Assembly: GCF_001194135.2 (NCBI RefSeq)
Contig: NC_068986.1
Coordinates: 51,522,320-51,586,319, forward strand
DNA from: Octopus bimaculoides
Lineage: Eukaryota
DNA: 64,000 bases
Direction of reading: 5' to 3'
Positions 12,443 to 25,040 of the stretch are shown in pieces. Positions within the stretch are counted from its first letter, which is position 1. Every line of letters begins with the position of its first letter. A program made the translations under genes and the position numbers. The notes below the pieces were generated by a model. It worked only from the letters and a program-made list of their open reading frames with translations, made no database searches and was not told where the DNA came from.

Positions 12443-12879
12443 CTATAGAAATCAATTCACCCAACATTAAACATGCAACAAAAAACATGAACAATGTTAT
12501 CTAACTACAAGCAAAAAAAAACATAAAATCATATCGTGTTTTTTTGATGAGAACAAGCCACAAGGATGGTTTCAATACTTTAAAGAAACCTTCAAAAGAC
12601 AATACTAATTTTGTTTCTGTTTAACACTAAAATATAACTTTTCAGCCACAAGAATTAATAACAATGGAAACATAATAAGAGACTTCGAAATGCAAAAAAA
12701 GTAAATAAAAAAAGCTGAATAGATGACACCTTTTAAATAGATACCATCAGAGAGGAAAAGAGATAAAAGAAAGAAAAACCAAAATCTACATGGTGCAAAA
12801 CATTCATTAGCATCATTTGCTATGATGTTCATGGTTATTTACGTAATGAACTCAGGGAGTTGAGAGGCTCTCAACAGCT

Positions 12880-13170
12880 GAAGGAAAGGGTACTCAGTTG
12901 ATTTAGTATGGTTGATATTCCACATTGAGGGGTAACAAGAAAGAATTGCAAAGTGTATTCTTCAAACTGAGCCAACTGCCAGGAGACCTAAGAGTAGACC
13001 AAGAGCAAGATGGGTGGATAATATCCATACTCCCAGTTGGTCATGTTGGGAAATCCACCTGGTAAGTCTAATGATAGTTGCTTCTCATAAGACCCTACAG
13101 AGGAAGGGCTTGAGGACTTTATCCTCATGACCCTTCTTGCAGTAGTGAGCAGAGAGAATGTATGGATGGA
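12880..13170 (+). mobile_element. Decayed RTE (Rex3/Expander-like) ORF2 3' fragment
   Basis: QERIAKCILQTEPTARRPKSRPRARWVDNIHTPSWSCWEI resembles the RTE C-terminal RPRGRPRxRWxD motif; upstream has stops. Confidence 0.7.
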
Positions 13171-14207
13171 TAGTCAGTTCTCGAAGATGACCTACATAGC
13201 TCCCAACTAAATACCAAAAAAAACAGAAACTGATCTCAGCAAGATTTGTCATTAGAACAATGAGGTATCAATTCAGTAGAGAATGGAAGATTTTTGGTTT
13301 GGTACATTAGCATTTTTCTCAACTTGCCAGATCAACCATACATGCATATGTTTTTTTCTCTCCCTCATATACAAACACAATTTCCCCAACTAAAATGTTT
13401 CATACACTTAGGTACAGTAAGTCTAGTAGACAAGGGGCTAGCAGTTGACCAAACAGACCTTATGACCTGCTTCCACTTTCTGAAAAATTTCTTGTTCTTC
13501 ACTGGCAACTGTAACCACTACACATCTTTATAGCTATCCTCACATCCTAAAAGTCAGCATAACTTAAAGAATCAGTCAAGTTATTACTTATCTTTCTCAA
13601 TGTGTATGTGTATGTGTCTGACATTTATTAAAATTCTATTAATTAGGATTCTTCTTAAAAAGGAGAGGGCTGGTTTCTAATAGAGAAACAGAAGCTCCAA
13701 CACTGGAATTTGCATAACCACACTGATAGCTGTTCCATTTTAAACATTCAGGAAAGCTCTGTACATGCATGTGTATATATAAATGCATGTATGTGTATAT
13801 AACATTAGTACATTGTGGTTACTGAAGGGGAATAATATTGAACATTGGAATGGAATAAAGTGGAACGATTTTATAAATCAAATGTTATGTATCTAAGTTA
13901 GTTATGTTTAAAAATAGTGTAGCAAATGCAAAATCAATATAACCCTCCATAATATATAAGATTTTCAACGTGAACAATGGTGTATAACTAATATCTGCAT
14001 GTTGAAACATCACCACCATTCATAGCTTCTGAGGAATAATGGTTTCTTTTACAGCTTGAACTTTCAATTCGGCAGAATATCCACAGGATATTCTAAATGA
14101 TCAGCTCACAATCACATAAGCTTTTAAGACATTGAGAAAGTTACAATTAAGATTTTCAGTGATAACAGACAGTAACGAAAACAACACACACACACACAAC
14201 ATATATA

Positions 14208-14510
14208 TAAAAAGGGTAAAGACCTCCTTTGGTCACGAATGACCATGGGATTGCACATAGAAAGTTCCCCTCCAAGTTACAAATCCTGGCAAGGTTGTTT
14301 ATGGAAGACCAGCAGTCACCCATGCATACCAGCCTCCCCTCTCCATACCACCTATGTTATTCAAGGGAATGGCAACGGCCAATACAGCTTGGCACCGGTG
14401 ATGCTGCAACTCATTTCTACAGCTGAGTGAACAGGAACAATGTGAAATAAAGTGTCTTGCTCAAGAACACAACACAGCCTGGTCTAGGAATTGAACTCAC
14501 TACCTCATGA
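14208..14510 (-). mobile_element. Family B SINE
   Basis: Colinear with 152-490. Confidence 0.85.
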
Positions 14511-14559
14511 ATGTGATATAAGTCTCACTATATTGACCAGGCTATCAAATGTTGTTATA

Positions 14560-14810
14560 CACTGGTCATGATGCACTTCCTTGCATTGTTGTAGCTTTCA
14601 AATAATGCCGTCCAGTTGGCCAGGTGGGTAGGCCAGCATTACCCCTGAACAGAATGCCAGTCTGTTACAGGATTATCCATTTACAGCTGAGTGGATTGGA
14701 GCAACATGACTTAAAGTGTTTTGCACAAAAACACAATGCACCATTAGTGTGGGTATTGAAACTATGATTGCAAGATTGTGAGTGCAACACTCTAATCACG
14801 TGACCATGTA
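14560..14810 (-). mobile_element. CORE-like SINE with a different 3' body (family B')
   Basis: Shares CAGCTGAGTGGA-TGGAGCAAC...AAGTGTTTTGC with family B but has a different tail. Confidence 0.6.
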
Positions 14811-16184
14811 CTTTCATACATATACACACATACACAGAAATAACCTCAATTGTACAAAAGTACATGTCAGTTTCGAATAAATGCAAAGAATAGAATTCAA
14901 GCAAAAAGTGATTGTAAAAAGATACTGCATCATCATCGTCATCTGTTTCAGATACTCTGATACAGAAATATTAGTAATACATATACTTAAAGTGATTAGT
15001 ACGATAGAATTTAAACTAATTGTAATCACTATATAGCCTGTTGTTATGGTGCTGTAAGTTAAAGTAAAGCCATGGCAACATGTTATACTATCTTTGACAA
15101 ATGGCAGAATCAAATACAGTGGAAAAGCTGGTGGAAATGGAAGAAGGTGATGGAGATGGAGAAGATGGTGGAAACAGATGATATAGGAGCTGATTGGTGG
15201 TGATATTACAGGATCTGTATAGAGCTGACTTAATAGTAGGATATTGCCTGTGTATATATTAGCAGGATTGCTTTATTTTATTTCAGCAATCTCATTGATG
15301 GTTTGATATTTCTCCTATATGTAGATTTAATATGGAACCATCAAAAATTAAATAAACACAATCCTGCCCCAACTAATAGGCATGCGAAGGAAGAACTTCA
15401 ATTATAGTTAAATAGCTGCTTGTTAGAGCAAGAATCAATATAATCACAAATATTACAGTGTTGGCACGGCAACAGCTTGTTCAGTCAATACACCTGCCAA
15501 TTTAACAGGCACAACCAATTTCCTTGTGGAGGTCGTAATATTTTTGATAATTTCATTTTTTTTTTTAAATATCAATTTTACATACTTAGTCTTTGGTTAA
15601 TATTTTCTTTTTCTTCTTAAGTTGTATGAACCATATATGCAATACAAAGCTAGCAGTTGGCACTTGGCAAAGCACAATGTACAATGACCTGGAAATGTAA
15701 CAAAGGTTAGCAAGAAAGAGAGAGACAGAGAGACAAAATGCATTTACACCATCAAAACTTGATTGGCTTGAAAAGTTTTGACTAGTTTATTATTAACTAA
15801 CCCATGATGTTCACATTGATACTAGTAAACATTCTACACCAGAAGACATTAACTATTTATGCTTAAAAACGAACAAAAAATATAAGAGCCATAGCTGAAC
15901 TGTCTTTGATCATAGATATGAACAAACAAGGCTGACCTGATTCCAAACAACAATACGAGAGTTGGTAAAGTTTGCACATTCAAATATGATTTTGGCGTTA
16001 CTAATGGGTGCAAGTGTTGTCATGTTAGAAAGTTTGATTTGCAGTCAGGTCATTCCATGTTTGAGCTTACCAAGAAGAAAAAACTTTGGGAAAGTGTCAT
16101 CTACCATAACTGCCAGTTGACCAAAACCTTGTGAATGAAACCAGGTAGACAGAAACTGTGAGGAAGACATTTTAATATATCTTT

Positions 16185-16570
16185 TATCTTTTACTTGTTT
16201 CAGTCATTGGACTGTGGCCATGCTGGGACACCACCTTGAAGGGTTTTAAGTCAAACAAATTGAACCCAGTGTTTATTTTTCAAGTCTGGTTATTTATTCT
16301 ATCAAGTTCTTTTCAGTGAACCACTAAATTATGGTGGCATATACAAACCAACACTGGTTGTCAGTAGTGGGGTGAGAGCAAAACACAAGGACACACACAC
16401 ACGCGTCTAAATATATACACGATAGCTTTCAGTTTTTATCTACCAAATGCGGTCACTAGGCTTTAGTTGGTCTTGGGGCTATAGTAGAAAATATTTGCCC
16501 AAGGTGTCACACGGTGGAATTGAACACAGAATCATGTGGTTGGGAAGCAAACTTCTCATAACACAGCTGC
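16185..16570 (-). mobile_element. Family A SINE (older)
   Basis: Both halves and the internal (AC)n are recognisable. Confidence 0.8.
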
Positions 16571-16942
16571 CCCTGCACATGTATGTGTGTGTGTGTTAGC
16601 TGGATATTCTGTCTTTGCATTACAACTATTATTTTTTATAGGTAAATTGTGTATGATCTATTATTTCACCAGTTTGTTCAGGCTCAAAAGACCTAACAGA
16701 GTTCAAGAGAGGGGGAAAGGTAATCAATTCAACCACCCTTGAAGGCAATCCCTTCCAGCATGGATGCCATCTAATGAGCGAAAAAATAAAAATGTGAAAG
16801 AATATGTTTCACTTAAAAATTTCTCCCTTTCTACTATCTTACACATGTAACTTCCACACATACACAAGATTAATTTCCAACATTGGCACAAATCTGTACC
16901 TTTTGGAGGAAATGTATAATCTATAAAATCTATCCCCTAATA

Positions 16943-17039
16943 CAGTGATTCCTAACCTGGGTTCTGCGGGCCCCTAGTGGTTTGCAAAGGCAGTACCAGG
17001 GGCCTGTGAACTAAATTCAAAATTTCATATCTAGATATA

Positions 17040-17077
<38 letters not shown>

Positions 17078-17323
17078 CAATTGCAGTGTGGAAGGTGTTT
17101 ATAAGCAATTTAAGAAACTTGATGCAGCATGGAATTTTGTCAGTGAACAGGTCACGATCTCAAAGCGACGAAAATATTTTGGCAAATTAAATTTAAATGT
17201 TGAAGTGAACCTAACAGTTTTTGTGTGTTTCTTAAATGGCTTATAAACACCTTCCATGCTGCAATTGTTTTCGTTCCAGCACACAATCTCAGATCAGGTC
17301 GCTTGCTATGCAAGTACATCTCC

Positions 17324-17364
<41 letters not shown>

Positions 17365-17435
17365 TACATAAGAATAAGCATACTAAAAGGGGTCTGTGGG
17401 AAAAATTATTTAAATAAAAGGGTTGGGAACCACTG
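16943..17435. mobile_element. hAT (Charlie-like) MITE containing a nested palindromic element
   Basis: TIRs CAGTGATTCCTAACC / GGTTGGGAACCACTG. The 8-bp flanks CCCTAATA and CTCTAGTA match at 6/8 and are NTCTAGAN-like. Confidence 0.75.
17077..17326. mobile_element. Element with 43-bp inverted repeats, flanked by (TA)n on both sides
   Basis: 17077-17119 is the near-perfect reverse complement of 17227-17269. Confidence 0.75.
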
Positions 17436-18269
17436 CTCTAGTACTTGACTGGTACTTTATTCTATCAATCCCTCAAAATATCAAGAGCAAAGTCAACAAC
17501 AATGGCATTTAAATTTACAACAAAAAAGGTAAAAAGAGACTAATAACTAAATATTGAATAATATTTTGTCCAATGCTGTGCCCATTTCTGACAATCCACT
17601 TCACGGAGAGAGTCTTTACACAGTTGCTCTTTATATAAGACACAGCAACCAAGGTCCCTTATATCACATGCTACTGTCATTAGAATATGAAGAGCAAATA
17701 GCACAATTTGATGATGACCAGTCCATCACTGAGGAGGTAAAATTAAGCCACAACATCATGTCTGATAATCTGCTGATGCTCATCTGGAGCTAAGTTCTAT
17801 GGGGTGTAATTTATTCTTTGAAACAAACTCTTGCAGCAAAAGCCGTTTATGATCCAATGTGCAGGAACGTGTTAAAAATAACTGTACATATATGTATGCA
17901 CGCACACACTCGTGTGTGTGCATGTACACAATTAATGACAATGTCCTGTCTTTACTTTGTAAAGTATTTGTTTTATATTACACACAATAAATTGATAGCT
18001 GTTACATACTTCGTGTGATTGAGGACTATGTGCTAACATGAGAAGATCTGTATTGGTATTTCAATCAATCATAGACTGACAAAAGTGAATGGATTGTCTA
18101 CACTATTTAGTCTGTAATCTTTGGTAAATATCTTATTTTTTAAATGAACTTCAGGGAAATGTTTCACAACAATATCTATACAAATATATGTGTGTGAAAA
18201 TGTGAGTATTTCACTATACATAAGGCATATATGTGTGTTCATATGCACGTATATATGTAATCATTACTG

Positions 18270-18490
18270 TCATTTTAAAATCCATTTTCCATGCTTGCCT
18301 GGGTTGGAAGAAGTTCCTTAAGGCAAATTCCATTTAGCCAGATGTCCTTCCTGTTGCCAACGACCACTTATTTCCAGTATTACCCCATAGCCATACATAT
18401 TTGCAGAGAAGTTTTAAAATGAAGAACATAGCTTGTATGATGCTGACACTCATTTACAGCTATCACATGATATCAAGACAAAAGATACAC
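18270..18490 (-). mobile_element. Family D SINE 3' part
   Basis: TTTTCCATGCTTGCC...GATGTCCTTCCTGTTGCCAAC matches 53700-53870 in reverse. Confidence 0.7.
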
Positions 18491-19571
18491 ACATATACAC
18501 ATCCATTCATATACACAAATATATTATTTTATTATTATGCACTCTACTGTTGTTAGACAATGTATGAAGGCTTGACAATTTCTTGGCGAACAACCATACA
18601 GATGATTTGTTTATAGTGATCAAATATCTGTGTGCACATAAGCTCGCTCCCTCCACCAAATTGACATTAACTGTACAGGTGCACCATGTGCCACATGTCA
18701 CATAAGGAAATAATTGCAGAGCAATGTAAAATGAAGTGCTTTGCTCAAGAACACAACACAATACCCGGTCTGGGAATTGAAACCACGATCCCACAATATA
18801 TATATATATAGATATGCACACACAAATGTGTATTTTTAAGTGTAATACAGTCATTCACACATCTGTATGAAATAGTAAGTGAACCTCTATATGGTCACTC
18901 GTCCAGCTAGAAACAGCAGCAAATCTCATGAAAATCACATCCTACTTTCTTAGGACTTACAACAAAAGGACAAATTGGAAAATGTATTCCTATAGAATGC
19001 CTATCATATCTAAATTATGAGAGAGAGAGAGAGGGGGGGGGTTGCAAGTGAGCAAGTAGAAGAATGAACGTGTGTGAGGTGGGAAAACACACAAAATGGG
19101 TAGATGAATAATGGACTATAAAAGGTTATATCAGTCAATTGTCTACAATATCTAGCTTTTTGATTTACTTAATAGCCTTCATTTTCTGTGGCTTTTTATG
19201 CAACATTTTTTTAAAGTGTGACATGTTTTTACTTTTAGTTCATTCAATATCGTCCAGCAAATGGAACATATTGGCACTNNNNNNNNNNNNNNNNNNNNNN
19301 NNNNNNNNNNNNNNNNNNNNNNNNNNNNNNNNNNNNNNNNNNNNNNNNNNNNNNNNNNNNNNNNNNNNNNNNNNNNNNNNNNNNNNNNNNNNNNNNNNNN
19401 NNNNNNNNNNNNNNNNNNNNNNNNNNNNNNNNNNNNNNNNNNNNNNNNNNNNNNNNNNNNNNNNNNNNNNNNNNNNNNNNNNNNNNNNNNNNNNNNNNNN
19501 NNNNNNNNNNNNNNNNNNNNNNNNNNNNNNNNNNNNNNNNNNNNNNNNNNNNNNNNNNNNNNNNTATATAT

Positions 19572-20070
19572 ATGGGGGTTGGACAAAATAATTGGAACAG
19601 TAGAAATTTAACTCCAATATTTCAATGAGCCTTTATATTACAAATATCCATCCAAATTTCATTGTGTTTTTTTTGTATTGTAGATGCTTTTATTTATCTA
19701 ATTTAATGATTATTTCTGTCTCTTTTTCAGATCATAGTATAAATTAAGCTAGGATGCATGACCTCACTGAGTTAAAAAAAAAGGCAAATTGCTGGAGCTT
19801 GAATGGCAGGAGCTTCCTTCACCAGAACAGCTGAACTCCTTGGTTTTTCAAGAGCTACCATATCAAGGGCCATGACTGAATTTCAGAAGCAGGGCAAAAC
19901 CTCCACCAGGAGGAGTAAGTCTGGCAGGATTTCGAAGCTCACTGAAAGAGACTGACAAGTGTTGGATCACATTGTGATGAAAAATCACTGGACAACTGCA
20001 CCTAAAGTGACTACAGAGTTGAATCAACATCTGACTAGCCCAGTTCCGACCAAAACTGTTTCCTCAGAGC
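19572..20070 (+). pseudogene. Tc1-family transposon 5' fragment: left TIR plus N-terminal HTH region of a dead transposase
   Basis: TIR-like GGGGTTGGACAAAATAATTGGAAC. ATG at 19754; MHDLTE(fs)RQIAGA*MAGASFTRTAELLGFSRATISRAM...GKTS...SGRISKLTERD*QVLDHIVMKNHWTTAPKVTTELN. Confidence 0.9.
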
Positions 20071-20279
20071 ACTAATTGTCCAAGCAAAATGTCTTTAACC
20101 CTTTTGTTATATACATTGATGTTCATCATCATTGCTTTAACATCCACTTCGCTTGCATGGATTCGATGCAATTTATTGAGATAGATTTTTCTATAGCCAG
20201 ATACTCTTCCTCTCATCTGTTTCCAAGTAAGGTATTAATTTCTCCATGGATCCTTTTCATCCTTTTACTTGCTACAGTC

Positions 20280-20519
20280 ATCAATCTGTAGCCATGCTGG
20301 GGCACCATCTTGAAGAGATTTTAGTCAAATGAACTGACCCTAGTACTTAATAGATTTTTAACCTAATACTTATTCTATCAGTCTCTTTTACTGAACTGCT
20401 AAGTTACGGGGACGCAAACACACCAACATTAATAACCTAGTGCTGGAAGGGACACATGCAGACACACATGCATATATATATATATACATACATACATACA
20501 TATATATATNNNNNNNNNN

Positions 20520-20560
<41 letters not shown>

Positions 20561-20725
20561 CACACATGATCAGCTTCTTATAGTTTCCGTCTACCAAATC
20601 CACTCACAAAGTTTTGGTCAACCTGAGGATATAGTAGAAGACAGCAGTCCAAGGTACTGCGCAGTGCGACTGAACCCAAAACCATGTGCTTGGAAAGCAA
20701 ACTTCTTACCACACAACCACACCTG
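20280..20725 (-). mobile_element. Family A SINE
   Basis: 3' half, internal (TA)n with a 10-N gap, then head. Confidence 0.8.
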
Positions 20726-20734
20726 GACATATTT

Positions 20735-21030
20735 TCACAAAAGATCAGTAGCAAAAGACACCGCTTGTTTGACAGTGACACTCACAACTATCATACGATG
20801 TCAAGAAAAGGAGACACCAACTCACACACACATGGATATACATGATATATTTATATATATACATACACATACAATGGGATTCTTGTAGTTTCCATCTATC
20901 AAATCCACTCACAAGGCTTTGGTTGGCCTGAGGATATAGAAGAAGACACTTGCCCAAGGTGCCATGGAGTGAGACTGAACCTGGAACCATGTGGTTGAAA
21001 AGCAAGCTTCTTAACCACACAGCCATGCCT
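20735..21030 (-). mobile_element. Family D SINE (5' portion)
   Basis: Head plus microsatellite plus GACAGTGACACTC...ACTATCATACGATGTCAAG body. Confidence 0.75.
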
Positions 21031-21589
21031 ATGTCTTTATGTCAATTAATGTTTAAGATAATGAAGAATCTAGTAAAATAACATTGCAATTATTAAGCTG
21101 GTATTTGGAACATAAATCAGCATAAAATTTTGAACAAATGTTTTAGTTTAAATCACTTTAAAACAAGAAGTTTGTACCATAGAACAAAGACACTATCTCA
21201 GGGAGGTCGGTATCAAAAGAGTTAAACCAGAAGCTGACTGAAACCAAGGTCACAAGCAAAAACATAAAGAGCCAGAATAAATACCACAAAGCATTTCTTC
21301 TGCCGCTCAAATGATTCAGTCAATCCACTGACCTTTGTAAATAATAGTGTTGAGGATTTATAACACTACTACTGGCTCTTTAAGCATCAGTAGTAGTAGT
21401 AGTAGTAGTAGTTGTTGTTGTAGCAGCTCAAGGAAATATTATAATAGTGATTCTCTGGAGAGAAGACAGCTCAGTGGCAAAGGATAGACAAATAAACAGC
21501 CGAGAGCTTCATGATTATATAATGCTTATTTCTAGCGATATTAGCCAAACGAAAATAACCACAATTATACAAGCCAACAAGGCTTCTAT

Positions 21590-22040
21590 GCAGTCACTTG
21601 ATATGCTAGAAATTGCAGCCAAATCTCCCCCATATTGCTTAAAATAAAAAAAGAAGACATTGGGTAATGTAGTTTTGGGTACCTTGTACATATGGAAAAG
21701 ATGGGATGGTCATTCCTGGAATGTCTTTGATCATAAGTCTGCTTGATCAAACTGTGGTCAATACAGATTTAAAGAATATGAACTTTGAAGGTCTTTCTCA
21801 ATTCATTTTCTTGTCAATTCCAGAGACAATAACTGGGGAGACCAAATGATGAAATTCTAAATAACAAACACCCAAGGATCGTCTCTATGGTTGCTTGATC
21901 TGTAAGGAATAGCCCCTAAATCCTCCACTCACCAAAATCAAACTTCTCTTTTTCTTAAACAGGCAACACTTTAGATAGTATGGTGCCAGATATCCCGAAA
22001 AACAGATAGGATGGTCATGGCTAGACTGCTTTTGAAACTT
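21590..22040 (+). repeat. Two adjacent copies of unclassified interspersed family E
   Basis: TGATCTGCTAGAAATAGCAGCCAAATCTC...GGATGGTCATG...TTTGATCAT also occurs at 26850-27060, 30995-31155, 32875-33000 and 34270-34330. Confidence 0.7.
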
Positions 22041-22727
22041 GAATGATACATACTTAACCATTAAAGACGGAAAAGCAGAGTAATTATTTTAGGCACCTAT
22101 GTAGTCATGAAAGCAGACATAAATACTCTCTTTGGTCCCTCCTAACCTGGACTCAGTGGTACATCCAGGATGTGACAGATGAAGTAGAGAAAGAGATGTA
22201 GTAATATCTGGTTGGTATCCATTTACAAGCAAGTACAACCTGGTAAAATGTATCTAGCTTTCACTCATTATTTTGGGTGCCCATGTAGTCACAAGCAGGC
22301 AATACCTCTCAGTCTGCTTACTTTGACATAGTGGAACATTTAGGATGCAACAGCTTAAGTAGAGAGAGAGGCTACACCAGCAATCAACAGTCATTTGTGA
22401 AAGACAGTGAACTCATTATCATACAAATGAAGCAAACATTTGAAATATCTAACTTATAATTTTTTTTCCGCTGCTTTCATGAATTCTCATGACTCTCCGT
22501 CACCACCAGCCAATTCTATTATGAATTTGAATTGGGAACTTTAGTCATAGTGAATCTTTCATAAGCTGAATACACAACCATGGATGCCAACCCTATGGTT
22601 AGGACGTCACCTCTACTCTCTTGATTGAGCTTGGTGATTCTTATTCTTGATCTAAGATTCCTCTGCTCAGCATCAGTGTAAGTTGAACTCTTTTGCTACC
22701 TCTTCACAATCCACCATGACTTTGCAG

Positions 22728-22815
22728 TATCCCTGGCAGGGTGGTAAATTCTTATACGTTTATCATTTTTTCTATTACTTTGGCTGTTTACATTTATTTA
22801 TATAAGCTTGTGCAG
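22728..22815 (+). CDS. Candidate exon encoding a hydrophobic segment (IPGRVVNSYTFIIFSITLAVYIYLYKLVQ)
   Basis: Acceptor GACTTTGCAG, strong donor CAG|GTGAGC, open frame with a hydrophobic run. T-rich DNA can mimic this. Confidence 0.3.
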
Positions 22816-24489
22816 GTGAGCTAATTTTTGTAGAAGCACTTACCTTGACAGTGAGATACTCCTCCTACTATTTGAATCATCAAGTCCTGACCATCCCTGC
22901 TCAGACTTGTCAGTGTTAGTTAGGCCACAAAGCTCAAAGTCACTCATCTCAAACTTTCCCAAACTTGGTCAATTAGTTTTGGACGACCTAGTTCCATAAG
23001 CCATTCTTAAGTAATTTAAACCCAATTTACTAGAGTCAGACTGACAAAAGTAAGTAAAGATAGATATAGAGATGTGATTCACTGAAAAGAATGCTAAATT
23101 ATTCTCCGGCCAGCTACATCAACAATTTACATATTATAGATATTGCACTGGAAAAATCTTTCGTATCTACATTTCTACACAAAGCAGTATAGATTTTGTA
23201 AGAATTTCCTTCTCTCTTTTCTTTTATTGCAAAACTTGCATAAAAATACAAAATTATAGTGTGAAATCAGTTTAGTGTGTAAGATTGACAACATAGATAA
23301 TAGAAATAATTATGTATTTGCATGTATTTTAGAAGATTGTTGTCATCTTTTAGAGTTGTTGAAAGAGATAAGGTTCTGAAATTTATTCAGTTGTTGAAGT
23401 GTATGGAAACATAACCTAAGCTAGTAATTGTGTGAAGATGCGGGCTGAGAAATGTCGATGGAAGAAAAGAAACAGAGACATGTGCAATGTAGATAAGCAA
23501 TGATAATAGTATTAAATGACACAGGACATCTTGAAAAGATAAAAAAACAAAACTTGGCATATCGCTGAAACAAGTAAAGGAAATGATATGAAAAAAATAT
23601 TCCTAACAGAAAACTCATTCCAGTATTAAACCGTATTGTATATGGCTAAACAGAATGTATTGAGAGAAAAGGTCTCAAATAAATAAGGTTTTTGAAATGT
23701 GTCTGAAAGAAAAATAAAGCAAACTAAAATGAATGCAGAAGACAACACACACAGACACACATATATATATACACATGTGTATGTGTGTGTGTATATACAC
23801 ATACATACGTCTAGATAGATGCATACACATACATACATACATCTAGATAGATACATATACATACATCTAGATAGATACATACACATACAACACACATGTA
23901 TGTATTATAATAGTGTAAATTTTAAATAACATCTGTAGAGAGTAAGAGAATTATTTTCAAAACTACAGAGGTTTTCATGAGTATCAAAATCAAACTCCTA
24001 CAAAGCAGCTTCCTTGCATTATTCTGATTGTCCTCAATCCTACCTACCTGCTTCAACAAAACTCAGATGAAATAAATTTAAATATATACAAAGAAATAAA
24101 ACAAAAACAAATAAAGGAATCTTACTTGCTTTGTTACATGAAACTATGCACATCATAATGAAATGGCAATAAGGCACAAATTGTCTCCTGACTTAACTAT
24201 TTCGAGTCTCTAACTTCAGAGAAACATTGTCAATATATAACTTTCTTTTTTTTTTTTTACCAGAGAACAGAGGGGCAACTCTAAATAATAATGAAAGTCC
24301 TGCCAGAAATCAAGATTACAGAATTCCACCAAAAACTAGACTATAGATACCGTGTACACTTTTAGTACAAATCAAAATATTTATTGTCTATGAAAAAGTT
24401 CATTCCTTGTTTGTCATGTCCTCAGATACCTTAAGTTTTATTTTAGCATAAAAATTTAACAACAGAAAGTCTGTTGTAGTTCATCATCT

Positions 24490-24850
24490 TTTTCTACAGT
24501 GGGTATGCCCTACCTGTTGCCAACCCTCACCTGTTGTTTCCCAGCCAGATATTATTTTCCAGTAGTTAGACAGGATTTTCATGGTAGAATGGAAACAAAC
24601 AACCTCACTTGTATGATGATGATGATGATGATGATGACTATCATTTATAGCCATCATTTGATGTCTAGACAAGGGAAAACACAAACATGCATACCTAAAT
24701 ACATACATACATATACACACATATGAGAAGCTTCTTTCAGTTTCTGTCAACCAAATTCAGTCAAAGGGCTTTGGGTGGCTGAGGACTATAGCAGAAGACA
24801 CCCAAAACTACATGATTAGAAAGTAAACTTCACAACCATGTCTGTACTTA
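24490..24850 (-). mobile_element. Family D SINE (older)
   Basis: Reverse complement of the 53375-53872 modules. Confidence 0.7.
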
Positions 24851-24854
24851 TATT

Positions 24855-25040
24855 GATTTCAAATTTTGGGAAGTCAACTGCATTGACCCTTGGTGTTCAA
24901 CTGGTACTTACTTTATCAACCCTGAAATGATGAAAAGCACAGCCAACCTCAATGAAATTTGAACTCAGAATATAAAGATGAGCAAAATGCTGCTAAGCAT
25001 TCTGAAAATATGTGAGTGATTCTGCCAGCTTGCTGCCTTA
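24855..25040 (-). mobile_element. Family F SINE
   Basis: CTGGTACTT...ACCCTGAAATGATGAAAAGC...TTTGAACTCAGAA...TTCTGCCAGCT. Confidence 0.75.

Noticed and set aside
22083-22310. Diverged ~45-bp direct repeat pair (also a 32-bp period duplication at 2147-2209)
   Set aside because: Short local duplications consistent with slippage or decayed repeats; nothing suggests function.
22843-22960. Minus-strand donor AAG|GTAAGT with upstream frame MSDFELCGLTNTDKSEQGW...
   Set aside because: No convincing acceptor and no recognisable homology.
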